A DNA stretch of 64,000 nucleotides from Salpingoeca rosetta (lineage: Eukaryota; Protista; Choanoflagellata). The stretch spans positions 1,046,779 through 1,110,778 of the forward strand of contig JAWQFM010000001.1 of the NCBI GenBank assembly GCA_033442325.1, written 5' to 3'. Under the pieces are notes generated by a model. That model did not search any database, was not told the DNA's origin, and worked only from the letters and a program-made list of their open reading frames with translations. Made by a program: the position numbers and the translations under genes. How positions within the stretch are numbered: the stretch's first letter is position 1; each line of letters begins with the position of its first letter. Shown here in pieces: positions 42,358-55,466 of this stretch.

Positions 42358-45300
42358 ATGGTGAACGACGACAGACTCGAGCCCTCCTCGGCGTTTCATG
42401 ACGAGGATTCCGGCTGCCACTCGCTGCAGTCCCCACCCAATGGCCGGACCCAGGACCACCATGCGCTGCTTTGTCTGAAGGCGGCGGGCACAGCCACCTG
42501 GAGCGACCCAGCGAGCTGTGCATCAACCGCACGGACCTCAAGCAACTCTTCCCTGGACGACGACGACGATCAGGAGGACCAAGGCGTTGATGGCAATGGC
42601 AAGGACGAGGGCAAGGACGAGGGCGAGGACGACGAGGACGCTGGTGGCAAGGCAGGCAGGCGTGGAAACGCGGGCGGCGATCTGGGTTGCGGTTCTGCTT
42701 GCTCTGGTGGCGCGGACTCAACGGCAGCGAAGCCTTTGGTGGCTAAGCCGTGGTCTTGCGAGCAGCGCGACAGCTCCAAGTTGGAACGATCAAGGCTTCA
42801 GGAGACCACAGCACGAACAAGTGCACCTGTAGTGAGCCGCCGAACCACACAACCCGCCAACAAGAACGCCGCCTGCGCTTCAGCGCCCGTCATGACCAGC
42901 CAAGCCTCCCGCGACGACGCACGCGTCATGGCACAAGCGCCCGCCAACACCACGCCACATGCCACGCCACACAATGGCTCTGCACCTCCATCGCCACAAC
43001 AGCCACCCCACTTTTCCTCAAGCCATCCTAACAGCAGTGCCAACACCACGGACGCCAACCAAGCGCCTGTCGATAGCACGCATTTGATGGAGCAGAGGTT
43101 TCAGCCATCTGTGCAACAGCTGCAGCAGTCGTCGCCTGCCCCTCGAAAGCCTCCGAGTGTTGCGAGAATGATGCAGCAGCAGCAGCGATTGCAGCAACAG
43201 CCGCCACAACGGCCACAGCAACAACAACAATTTCCTAGTTTTACTCAGGTTCCCCCGCCGCGTCAACGTGTTAGCCACAATACATATCCTGGATCCAACC
43301 ATCCCCCCTTGGGGCCGACGAGTGCGATTAAGGGCTGCGGGTCAGCTCCATCCGCAATGCCAACCGCAGCTCAGCCACAGTCGGCCGTTTCTTCGTTGAA
43401 CCTAACCGCACCTAGCAGCCAGTCTTCGTTTTCTTCAGCGTCTTTGTCTTTGTCTTCATCAACACCCTCTACGTCGTTGCACAACAAGCCATGCGTGCCC
43501 GTGAACGCACAGCAACAACAGCAGCAGCACCATCATCATCAGCAGCAGCCCTCACACCCGTCATTGCATGCGTTGCTCCAACTTGCGCAAGCACGAGCGG
43601 CGTTGGGAGCAACGCAGCCCACCACACCAGCCATGCAATATCAACAGTTATTTGCAACACTGCAAAGGCAGCAGCAGCAGCAGCAGCAGCAACGGCAGTT
43701 GCAACAACAGCAACTGCAACAGTATCTTCAGCAGCAGAACCCACAAGCGCTGTCGGCCCGAACACTGCAATTCCTGCAACAGGTACTGTTGCAACACCAA
43801 CATCGTCAAGCACCGCAACAGCCCCAGCCCTCCAAGGACACTGCAGCGGCGCCAAGAGAGGCTGATCCGCTTGCCCAGTTCCCCGTCGGAGAGGAGGAGG
43901 AGGTGGATCACTGGCACGTCTGCCGGTGCGAACAGACGCTGTCGCAGCCTTGCAGCTTGCCCGGCATTCGCGTCCGCAAGAAGATGAGCGTTCTCTGTCA
44001 CGTGGTGGATGTTGACGTTGCTTCGCACATTGTGCAGCACTTTCCCGAACATCTCCAAGTCGTGAACATGGTAAGTTCCAGCATTGACAATCGAAAAACC
44101 TTTGTCTGTATCATGTCCCCTACCCTCCCACCTCTTCCACCCACAATCCATTTTGTTCACTCTCCTCGCTCACAACTCTCTCATTCCGCGTTCCCACCCA
44201 TCCTCCATGCCCTTCTTGCCTTTCTCTCTCTGTGCATTGCAGGCCCGCGTGCAGAATTTTGAGCTGCGCACCCGCTACCTGACCAAGCGCGAGCGTGTCC
44301 TGCGTGCGCGCGGCCTCGAGCCCCTGCCTGCACCGGGCCATGATGCCAGCCAGCAGCCCCTCGAGCTCTCCTGTGTCGATGCGCGCGTCTCGCAGCTGCT
44401 GGACACGCGTGTTGAGCGCCGCGCCTTCCACTGCACCAGCGCGCCCAACATCAACAGCATCCACGCGTACGGCCTGCGTAAGGAATGCAGTCGCGTGGGC
44501 AACTTTGGGCGCGGCATTTACATGGGTCTGGAGCCGGAGAAGGCAAACTCGTACTGGAAGCCGCGCGTGAACATGGCCTGCAGCAAGACGGCGCCTGAGA
44601 TGCGCTTCATGCTCGTTCTGCGCGTCATCCCCGGGCGCGTGTACCCTGTGCCAGCGCAGCACAACATGCCGTACCTGGAGGGGCCGCCGCCGGGCTATGA
44701 CGGCGTGCTCGGCACCGTGCGCGGCGGCCACGAGCTCGTCGTGTACGAGAACGACCGCGTCATTGTCGACTACATTGTTGGCTACCGCGATATTCGCCAT
44801 GTTGTGCCGCGCGTCGAGCACCCGCTGTACACCACGGCGCCGCTGCCCGCGCAGCTGACACGCCACCCCAAGCAGCAGCAGGAAGGAAAGGTGGGGGATG
44901 GCAATGACCAGGAGCCGGAAGTACAAGGGCACGTTCACCACCACAAGAAGCGCCATCCATCGTACACGCTTCCCGGCCCCGTCTTCCCTGCCAAGACAAA
45001 CCCGGACACGCGCCGTGCCGCGGCAACGCCGCGCCCAACCCCGACCGCATCCACGCCAGCGCTGGTGGCCTCTGGGCAGCAGACGCCGTCCACGGCAGCG
45101 ACGGGCACCAGCAAGAAGGCTGTGTCGCAACAACAGGTTGCAACGGCCTTGAGGAACTCTGCACTCATGCGTGTGTCAGGGATGACAGCAGCGCCGACGA
45201 CAACAACAACAATGACAACCACCCCTCCAACAACAACAACATCGATGACGACAACACCAAGTGCAACAACGCCACAGCCGGCGCGGCCGTCGACTGCACC

Positions 45301-46018
45301 AGCACCAGCGCCGGCGTCAGGGAGTGCCATGCGAGCACGGCGGCCACGGCTGCCGACAATGCCTACATTGCCGACACTCAAGGAGGCAGCGCAGGAGGAG
45401 GAACCCAAGCGAGGGGACTTGTCGCACCAACTCAGCACCATGACGCTCCCACAAACCCAGGACGCCACCACCACCACTGCAGCCGCAACTGCCGCTGCCA
45501 CCCCCGCTTATACCAGCCGAACCGCACGTCCCAACATGGACTGCGGGGAGGATGGTGTCAGACTACGGCGGCAACGGGCCGGCTCCACGCGCGCAGCTGA
45601 CGCTGATGCTACTTCGGCCAGCGCTGGCGACAGGCCACAGGGCAGCGCTGGTGCTGGTGGTGTCGACACCACTGCGACACGACCCAGCACGAGGCCACCG
45701 AGCAGGCCCTCCAGCAAGCGGGCGGGGCGCACCCGGTGCCCGGTGGATGAATCGGAGCTGGCGCCAGCACCGGCCGCCTCCAGATCGTCCTCGGCCCGGT
45801 CTTCCACAGCACCGTCGCGGCTTGCGTCTGTGTCCTCATCACATTATCCCACGCCTGGTGGCCCAACCACCACCGATGATCCCTCGTCGTTTCTCCACGC
45901 CAAGCGGAGCAAGCGAGACAGCGCCGGTGGTCTGTTCCCAATCGGCAACGCAGCCGTGTATGTGCAGCAGGTGGATGGTCACGCCAGCGACAGCGATGAC
46001 AGCACCGATGCATTTTGA
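42358..46018 (+). CDS. PARP-family ADP-ribosyltransferase catalytic domain flanked by long disordered Q/S/T/P-rich regions; 2 exons
   Basis: Exons 42358-44070 and 44243-46018. Motifs ERRAFHCT..NINSIHAYGL, GNFGRGIY, KANSY, MLVLRVIPG, PPPGYDGV.G, HELVVYENDRV..DYIV.Y. Confidence 0.88.
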
Positions 46019-46962
46019 TCAGCACTGCGCTCATAAGCGAGCGTTGGCTGATTTGTTTTCATGATGAACTCCCATCCTCCCTTCATGTGTGTTTTGTTTG
46101 CTCGACTTTACATAACCCTTTTCCTCCACCGTCTTCAACCATGCCTTTTGTTGCCAGGCTTTGTGTGCTGCTTTATGTGTGTCTCTCTTTCTTGTTTCTG
46201 CTTTTGCTGCTTGGTTCTCCCCAGTTACAGGTAATTTATTCTGTTTGCTTGCGTGCCGCAACCTCTCACATCAGCACTAGTGTTACATCCTGAGTTGCTT
46301 TTTGAGTGGCTGCCTTGCTTGTGCGCACTCGTCGCCCGAGCTTTCCTTTCTCTCTTTTCTTCACTTTCTACATGGTTTCCCCGTTTGGTTTGATGTGTTG
46401 TGACTCGTTCTCGTTCTTCTTCGCATTCTGGTGTGTTCCAACAATACAACGGACGTAACACCACTGCTGCCGTGAGTGCACGTCACGGGACATTTGAGAC
46501 AAGTGGGAGGAGGGTTGCAGGAAGTGAAAGGGCACCACATGACTCGTCTTTGCACCTGGCCACGACCACTGCCAGAATGTCAGTCAGATGCCGTTCGCGA
46601 ACATCTGCCCTGTCGAGACTGGTGTTACATTACATCATGCAACATGAACGCCACGCCCCTTCTGCAGGGCTGTGACACCCCATGATTACGTCATGCTCAC
46701 CGCGAGCAAGCGCCACGCCTGGTGCACACACACACTCTTCATCAAGACGTTTGTGGAGATGAATTGTCTTTTCTTTTGCAGCACGTGAACATCATGTCAC
46801 ATCATGCATGTCAGTGACAACGGGTTTGTTGTATTGTTCAGCGACAACACGCATTGTTGGTCACTAATCACATCATGCATCATACATGCTGGCATCGTGT
46901 CAACGAGCAAAACAGGGGCATCAGTGGCCGCTGCATCACATAGTCAACAATGACCAAAGCAC

Positions 46963-47003
<41 letters not shown>

Positions 47004-47124
47004 ACACAGACACACACAGACACACACAGACACACACACACACAAACACAGCTTGCCGTGTTGCGACTGCTGCCGTGTGTTTGGGAATGTCGTTTGCGTG
47101 TGCGCCCTGCTTGGTCGGTCTCGT

Positions 47125-48067
47125 TTAGATCTTGCCGCGAAGGATGAGCTCGGAGAACATGTTGACGGCACTCACGCGCACGGTCTTGTAGAGCGTGATA
47201 AAGTCGAGGGTGCTGAAGAAGACGTCCGCAAAGCCAAAGGGAAGCATGGAGGGGATGTTGCCGACGGCGTACTCGAGGGCCCAGCACGTGTCGTCCATCT
47301 TGTACTGCTTGGCCTCGCCGAAAGACAGATGGTGTTGGTCACCGGGCTTGTACACCTCGCGTGTCAGGTTGCCGGCAGAGAATGCCCACTGCACTCACGC
47401 GATGGTTGTTGTTGTTGTTTGTTGTTGTTGTTGTTTGTTGTTGTGCGCATGTGTGTGTGTGAGGCAGGCATTGCGAGAAAGGAGATCAAAGCAATCAACA
47501 CGCACATACACACGCACGCACGCACGCACACGCATACACACGTACACGCACGCACACGCACATACACACCCACACCCACGCACACCCATGACGCACCTGC
47601 TCGCCGTGGAGGATGGTAAAGTAGTCATCAGCAAGGAATCGGCCAGTGTGACCTTCGGTGCCAAGCGGGGTGCCGAAGATGATGATGTACTCGGAGAAGC
47701 TGCAGTGAAGGACGAGCATGGCACCCATGGCGCCGCCGGCGTTGTTGAACATCCACTCTGGGTGCTCCACAATGTGCTCGCCATACTCCTCGCGCAGCTT
47801 GTCCACAACAATGTCCACAAGGCGGTCAACGTCGTCAGGGGTGGCCTTGTTGGCCTCGATGGACTCCTTGGCGATGCGCTGCAGCGTCTCCGGGTCAAAC
47901 ACGTAATCCGTGTGGTGGTACAGGTACACGCTGCCGGAAACGACAACCAGGCCAACCAGGATGAACATCCACTTCAGGAAGGGGCAGCAGCAGCAGCACT
48001 TCTTCCAGCAGCACCCGCCCTTGCTGGCGTTGTTGCTATCACCAGAGTTCTTCTTCGCTTTCGCCAT
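47125..48067 (-). CDS. ERG2: C-8 sterol isomerase / sigma-1 receptor family; 2 exons (47597-48067, 47125-47388)
   Basis: N-terminal TM helix; EWMFNNAGGAMGAMLVLHCSFSEYIIIFGTPLGTEGHTGRFLADDYFTILHGEQ|WAF...WALEYAVGNIPSMLPFGFADVFFSTLDF. Confidence 0.95.
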
Positions 48068-48351
48068 TTTGATGACGCTTCACTTCTTCGCTTGCTTGTT
48101 CAAGGGCATGCAGTCGACGACACTGCAACAACAGGGTGGTGGTGGTGGTGGTGACAGTGGTGGGTTGGAAAGTGGCTGTGAGATCTGGCTGGAGAGCTCC
48201 TCGTGGTTTGCGAAAATTGGCGGCAGACGCGTTTTTTGTCGAATATCTTCCGACAGATTTCGGTTTGTTTGGTTGAAGGCAGAAGCACAGAGATAGATAA
48301 GAGGAAAAAAACGGAAACAACCACAACCACCACAACAACCAACCAACAAAC

Positions 48352-48359
48352 ATGGTGCG

Positions 48360-48439
<80 letters not shown>

Positions 48440-49498
48440 TGGCTTGTGCTGGCAAGGAGGTGATGTGCACAGCAGCAATGTGTGTGTGTGGTGTGTGTGT
48501 GTTTGTTTGTCTCGGGTTTGTGGGCCTTTTGTGGAGTGCACGAGCCCTCACACGCATGGCTGGCTGGCGTGCAGGCGAAGAAGTCGGGCGCGTCTGGTGG
48601 CAGCAAGAGTGCCGATAACGTTAAGGTGGTGATCCGATGTCGCCCTCTCAGCAGCACAGAACGCAAGGATGGCAGACAAGAGTACGTAATCCCACATCTC
48701 ACCTCGACATCGCCTATCTTGATTGTTGCGTTTGTGAGAGGGGAAGCGACAGGAGGGTTGTCAAAACGGGTCGAGGCGTCGTTGTGTGCATGTTATGCTG
48801 CCAGACACCCGATGTTGTGTTGGCTTGTCGCACTTGACATCCCTCATACGAAGAACGTTTGCGTGCGTGCGTGCGTGGTGTGTGGGTGCGTGCATGTGTG
48901 TGTGTGGGTGCGTGCATGTGTGTGTGTGTGTGCGTGTGCTGTGTGTGTGTGTGTGTGCTTGTGTGTGTGTGTTTGTGCGTGCGTGCGTGCGTGCGCTGTG
49001 TGTGTGTGTGTGTGTGTGTCGCGCTTTGTCTTTTGGTTTGAAATCGACAGGTGCGTTCATGTGGCAGAGGACAGAGGAACCATTACTGTGAAGAACTTGC
49101 AGGTGAGCTGCTCTATCTGCGAACAGCTGTGTTGTTGTGTTGTTGTGTGTACTTTTGGGCTGCACTCCTTTGTGTTCTTGTTTGGCTGTTTTGGGCATGC
49201 TGGCTCATGGCTTGCCTCCCTCACTCATGCGTGTCCGCTGACTTGACCATTCACACATGTGTGTTTGATTCGCCTTGTTTTCTCGGGCAGGAGCCATCCA
49301 AGGAACCAAAGACATACACCTTTGACAATGTTTATGGCACCAAATCGCAGCAGGAGGCCATCTACACGACCAGTGCCCAGCCCATCGTCGACTCGGTGCT
49401 CGAGGGATTCAACGGTGAGCACTTTGCGTGCTTGTTTGCCTTGCTTTGCCTGTCTACGTTTTGTGTCAGTCAGTGAGTGTTGCTGCTGTGTAGGCTCC

Positions 49499-49567
<69 letters not shown>

Positions 49568-51802
49568 TCATAATGAGCGTTAGATATGTTAAACCAGTTG
49601 AAGCAAGGGACATAATGGAGTTGTAAAGTAAATTANNNNNNNNNNNNNNNNNNNNNNNNNNNNNNNNNNNNNNNNNNNNNNNNNNNNNNNNNNNNNNNNN
49701 NNNNNNNNNNNNNNNNNNNNNNNNNNNNNNNNNNNNNNNNCACACACACACACACACACACGCAGGGAAGCAGTACCTTGTGCGTGCGTCATATCTGGAA
49801 ATCTACATGGAAGACATTCGCGATCTTTTGTCAAAGGACCAGGAGCGCAAACTGCCGATTCGCGAGTCGCCGGACACAGGCGTGTATGTGGAAGACCTCA
49901 CCTCTATTGTTGTCAAGAGCGTCAAGGAAATCGACAAGGTGCTGCGCTGCCCTGCATGTTCCGAGTGTATGCACTGTCTGGCATGTCCCCACCTCGGCAC
50001 ACAACCTTTGGTCAATTTATCAAAACCACACACACACACACACACACTCAGACACACACACTCAGACACACACACAGACACACACACAGACACACACACA
50101 ACCACACAGACACACACACAACCACACAGACACACACACAACCACGCACACACATACATACACATACACACACACACACATACACAACCGCAACCACTCC
50201 GTCGGTACGCTCACCTCATTGCATCACGACTACATGCGTGCCGCAACCAGGTGATGCGTGTCGGGTGGAAGAACCGCAAAGTCGGCGTGACGAAGATGAA
50301 CGCGCACTCGTCGCGGTCGCACGCCATCTTCATGGTCAATGTGGAGTGCAGTGAGGCCGGGGAGGACGGGGAGGCGCACATCCGCAGCGGCAAACTCAAT
50401 CTCGTCGATCTTGCCGGTACGCTGCTGCTTTTTGTTACGTGTTGCGTGTTGCGCGTTGTGTGTTGCGTGTTGCGTGTGGTGTGGGTTTGGGGTTGTGCAT
50501 TGTGAATTTGGTTGAGGTGTTGTGTTCATGTGTGATTACACGTACATGTGTGTGTATGTTTGTGGCGGTGGCGGTGCTCTCTTCGTTGCTTGCCTCACAG
50601 TTGTTGTGTGTCGGTGTCGCCTGGTGTTGACAGGGAGTGAGCGACAAGGCAAGACGATGGCTGAGGGCGAGCGTGCAAAAGAAGGCAGCCACATCAACAA
50701 GTCCCTCTCCGCTCTGGGACAGGTCTGTTCAAACAATTCGCCGTTGAGGGAAGGGAATGTGCAGCGTTACTCAGCGTCCGTACATGCGTGCAGTGTGCGT
50801 GGTCACACCCACAACTCTTCATTGCTGTACAACTGAATCGACGCATGGCGTGGTGTTGTGTGTGTGCGTGTTGTGGGCTGTCAGGTGATCAAAGCGTTGG
50901 TTGACTCAAAGGGCTCCGGGTTTGTTCCGTACCGCAACTCCAGCCTCACCCGTCTCTTACAGGTGAGCATCGCTGAAGACTTACGAAGACGTCGAGGAGT
51001 GACACCGAGGGGGCGTGCATGCGATTTTGTTAGTTCAACGTCGATTTCACACACACACACACATGCACGTGCAAACGCGTCTGCGACAGGATTCGTTGGG
51101 CGGGAATGCGAAGACGATGATGATTGCGGCGATTGGGCCCGCGGACTACAACTACAACGAAACAATTAGCACTCTCGGATATGCCCATCGAGCAAAGAGC
51201 ATCAAGAACAAGCCCAAGATCAACGAAGATCCAAAGGTAAACACACACGATGGCACCTGTTGCTGCTGTTGCCCCACCATCTGGCAGAGAGTCCTCCTGG
51301 TTTGCCTGCTTGCTTCACCGTGCGTTGTTGTTTTTGTTTCTTTTTTTTTTTTTTTTTTCACTCTCGCTGGCAACAACAAACTCACCACCGACGTGATTGC
51401 CTCTGCCTGCGTGTGCTCTCGCGGTTTGTGTGTGTCTAGGATGCGCTCCTGCGGAAATACCAGGAGGAAATTGCAGCGCTGAAACATCAGCTTGAATCAA
51501 AGGTACATGTGTGTGCGTGTGTGTGTTTCTTGTGTGTGTGAGCTTGTGCTGGGTGGCATCTCTCCATCTGTCTCTTGCTGTGATGGTGAGACACGTCTCA
51601 CTCCCGCACCCCTCTCCAACCCCAATCGCCTCATGATGGTGTTGCATTGCACTCTGCCAGGGGAGCGGAGGAAAGAAGCGCAAGGGCGGGAAGAAGAAGA
51701 AGAAGAAGGTTAAGACCATCCGATACGACGCAGACGGTGAGCTGAGATGTTGTGCACACGTGTGTGCACACCTACACACACCCACACACACACACCTACA
51801 CG

Positions 51803-51882
<80 letters not shown>

Positions 51883-52350
51883 GTATCCTAAGTGCATGGC
51901 TGGGTATGTGTTTGTGTTGATTGTCTGTTTGTTTGTTTGTTGCGTTTCATGACGTTTGTCTCATGCGAACTTCCTGCCGTGTTCTCCCAGGTCAACCCAT
52001 TGAGGAGGAAGAGGAAGAGGAAGACGAGGAGGAGGAAGAAGGCGGTGCCTACAATGAAGAGGAAGCAAGGCGTCTGCGTGAGCAGGCTTTCCAGAAACTC
52101 GGTTCGTTTCTCTCCCCATCATGTGTACATGTGTGTGCGTGTGCATGTGCGTTTGCATGTGCACGTCTCCATGTCTATTTGCTATCGCGAGTTGTTTGTG
52201 TTGCTATGACAAAACAGGGACTCATTCAGCTCGCTCGTTGCTTTTTGGTGGTGCAGAGGAAGAGAAGCAGCGAATGCTACAGGATCAAACCATCCTTCAG
52301 GTGCACACCTCTTTCTTGCTCTCCGTTGCTGCAATGCATGCCCATATCGA

Positions 52351-52402
<52 letters not shown>

Positions 52403-53953
52403 CACACACACACACACACAAAGGCATATGCAACAGGATACACACACACAAAGGCACACGCAACAGGATACACAGAACAGGACACACGTTAACAACTCAC
52501 CACATGCGTGTACATGCGATTGCGCGCGCGTGTGTGTGTTCGTGTGTGCGTGTGATTGTGTGTGTTTGTGTGCAGGAGGAGAAGGACCGGCTTCGGCGGG
52601 AGATGGAGGAGAAGCAGCAGCAGATGCAGCGGGAGGAGCAGGCGGCGGCCGAGCTCTCTGCCAAGATCGCCGCCCTCGAGTCGCGCTTGCTCGTCGGAGG
52701 TGCGCACAACCCATCGTCGTGATGGTGGAGATAGTGGTGGATGGATGGACGATGATGGCGCTTGCAGGGATGGTGATGTGATGGTGCCCATAGCCGTGAC
52801 TGTTCTTTACAGAGGCTGCAAGACGTCAACATCCCTCCTTCCCTCCCCCCGGATGAACATCGCGTGCGGTGCCTTGTCCGCCTTCTCATGCGTTTGGCTT
52901 TGCTGACCACACCATCACGACAGGCAAGGACATCAACGAGTACACGGCGGAGCAGGAGGCGCGGCTGCGGCGGGAGAGGAAACGCGTGGAGGAGGAGAAG
53001 AAGAAGGCAGAGTACGTCCTGCCACATGATGGCACCTGCTGGTCTTGATGTGCTGCCACATTCCCTGCTCTGTCATCTGCATGGGAACACGTGGAAGTGG
53101 AAGTGAGGTTGCTCCAGACCGCTTTCCTACCACTCACACACCGACCATCACCATCACAACCATGATCACCATCACCACAACCACCACCATTTCTGCTTGT
53201 TACAGGCGGTTACAGCAGCAGCTGGACCGGCACGAGACACAGCGGATGCTGGCAGAGGACAAATTCTCCTCCCTGCGCGACGCCGTCCGCGCAAAGACAG
53301 AGAAGCTCGAAAAGCTCTTTCACAAATATGAGGTGTGCTGGCGTGGTGTGTGTGTGTGTGAGTGTGTGAGTGAGTGTGTGTGTGAGTGTGTGAGTGAGTG
53401 TGTGTCTGTGTGTGTGTCTGTGTGTGTGTGTTGGAAAGTTCAATTGCGGGTGGCTCCCACTGTCGTTGATTTGAGAGCTGTGTGTGCTCATGCATCCTGC
53501 ACATACGCGTGCACTGCGTTTCGTTGCTCGTCGCCTCTTTATCAGACGGTGAAGCAGGAGCTAGGCGAGCTTGATGAAATGTTCTACGAGCAGCGCGACA
53601 CAATCATGCACGAGTCAGAGGTGTGGGCCTTTTTTTTTTTTTTTTTGGTTGTTGTTGTGTTCCTGGACGTGAGTGTGATCGCGACTTGTGACAGTTGTGT
53701 TTGCGACGCATCTCCACATGCCTGTTCCAGCTTGTAGTCTCCTGTACTTGTTGTCCCTGTTCTCGCTGCATGTGTTAATGTGCTCGCACCACGTGCTGCC
53801 TTGACCACGCACGCACGCTGCAGGAGACGCGAAAGCAGCTTCGCCTGAAGGAACTGATCATCGAGCACTTTATGCCCCCAGAGGAGGCGGCAAAGTTCAG
53901 GAAGCGTGCAGTCTTTGATGAGGTAGCCATGTATACCCGTGTGTGTGTGTGTG

Positions 53954-53986
<33 letters not shown>

Positions 53987-54927
53987 GTGTGTGTGTGTGC
54001 GTGTGAGTTTGTTTATGTGCGTGTGTGCGTGTGTGCGCGTGATATCATCCTCGCACGATACACAGACGCCGCGTTCGCCTGGAGTATGACGTCCTGAGTT
54101 TGCGCGTCTTATTCGGTCATCAACCACTGATATGCATGTGGTTATGCATCCACCCCTCCTTCGTGCGCACCCCACAGGAGCTGCAAGAGTATCGCCTGTT
54201 GTCTGCAACACACACGGAGGGCGCAGACAGCGCAGGCGTGGTTGCCCGACCCGTGTCGGCGTACCCGAACCGCAACCGGCCCATCACCCTCTTCTCCCAG
54301 GTGCAGAGCGGTATCGACAAGAACCCAAGGTCCGCCGCCTGTGTATAATTGTATGCGTATGTGTGTGTGTGTGTGTTGTACCGATGGAGGCACGTTTTTT
54401 TTTCTTGTGCATGCGTGCATGCGTTCGTGCGTGCATGCGTGCGTGCTTGTATGTGTGCGTGTGCATGCGTGTGCGTGTGTTTACAGCAAGGGGTCTGACG
54501 AGCATGCATTCGCGCATGTCCACTTGCGTTGTAGGTATCGGAGCGAGAACGTGATGACGCTGGAGCTTGATCTGCCGGAGCGGACGACGCAAGACTACAC
54601 GGGTCCCGCCGTGGATGCGCGCGTGCAGGAGGTGCTGAACGACGCGCTGCACGACGATGACGAGTTGGTGATGGAGGAGCCCGTGGGCGACTTTATTGGC
54701 GAGGGCATCAAGTCCGCACAGCGCGAGATGCGTCGCAGGAAGGCCGCGTCCGGGTGCGTCGGAGCACTTTTGTGTGTGTGGGATTGTGATTGTGATTGTG
54801 ATTGTGATTGTGATTGTGATTGTGTGATTGTGTGATTGTGTGATTGTGATTGTGTCTGCTTTTGTGTGCGTTGTGTGAATCCACGCTTGGGTACTTTCCA
54901 TGGCATGGACACTGGATTGATCGCAAT

Positions 54928-54983
<56 letters not shown>

Positions 54984-55095
54984 CAGGCGTCCGAAGCGGC
55001 CTGGAACAGCAAAAGGAACGAAGAAGAAGAAGAAAGGACGCGGTGCGCCATCTGATGAACTCTTCCCAACAACGCGTGGGCTGGTCTCAAAATAG
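48352..55095 (+). CDS. KIF3B: Kinesin-2 motor subunit, KIF3B-like (anterograde IFT); many exons, P-loop exon lost in the gap
   Basis: [111 protein letters not shown]3B-type tail [21 protein letters not shown] and C-terminus [10 protein letters not shown]. Confidence 0.93.
49636..49740. other. Assembly gap (N run) inside the kinesin gene
   Basis: Ns. Confidence 1.
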
Positions 55096-55241
55096 TCGTT
55101 ACACTACATTCCAACTTTACACACTCACACCTACACGTGCAGGACTCTTCCTTCGCTTCGTTTACAAGCGCGTTCAATCCTGATGCTCACATCCTTATGT
55201 TACTTAACTAAAACCAAGAGAGTGCTCAACAGGAAGCAACC

Positions 55242-55336
<95 letters not shown>

Positions 55337-55466
55337 GCGCGCGGCCACCAAGACAAGCAAGCAAGCAAGTCATGACTCACTCACCAGTGTCGAAAGTTGA
55401 GAGGAATCTTCAACCAATTATCCGCACTGCTGTCAAAGACACACGATTGCCGAACGAATGGGGTGC

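Noticed and set aside
48068-48351. RFX X-box in the kinesin-2 promoter; E2F-like TTTCGCG sites near 19797 and 25530
   Set aside because: No convincing X-box seen; the short E2F-like matches are expected by chance without conservation data.
49570-49635. AT-rich segment as a foreign insertion
   Set aside because: Short and directly adjacent to a gap after a (TG)n run; likely low-quality read end.
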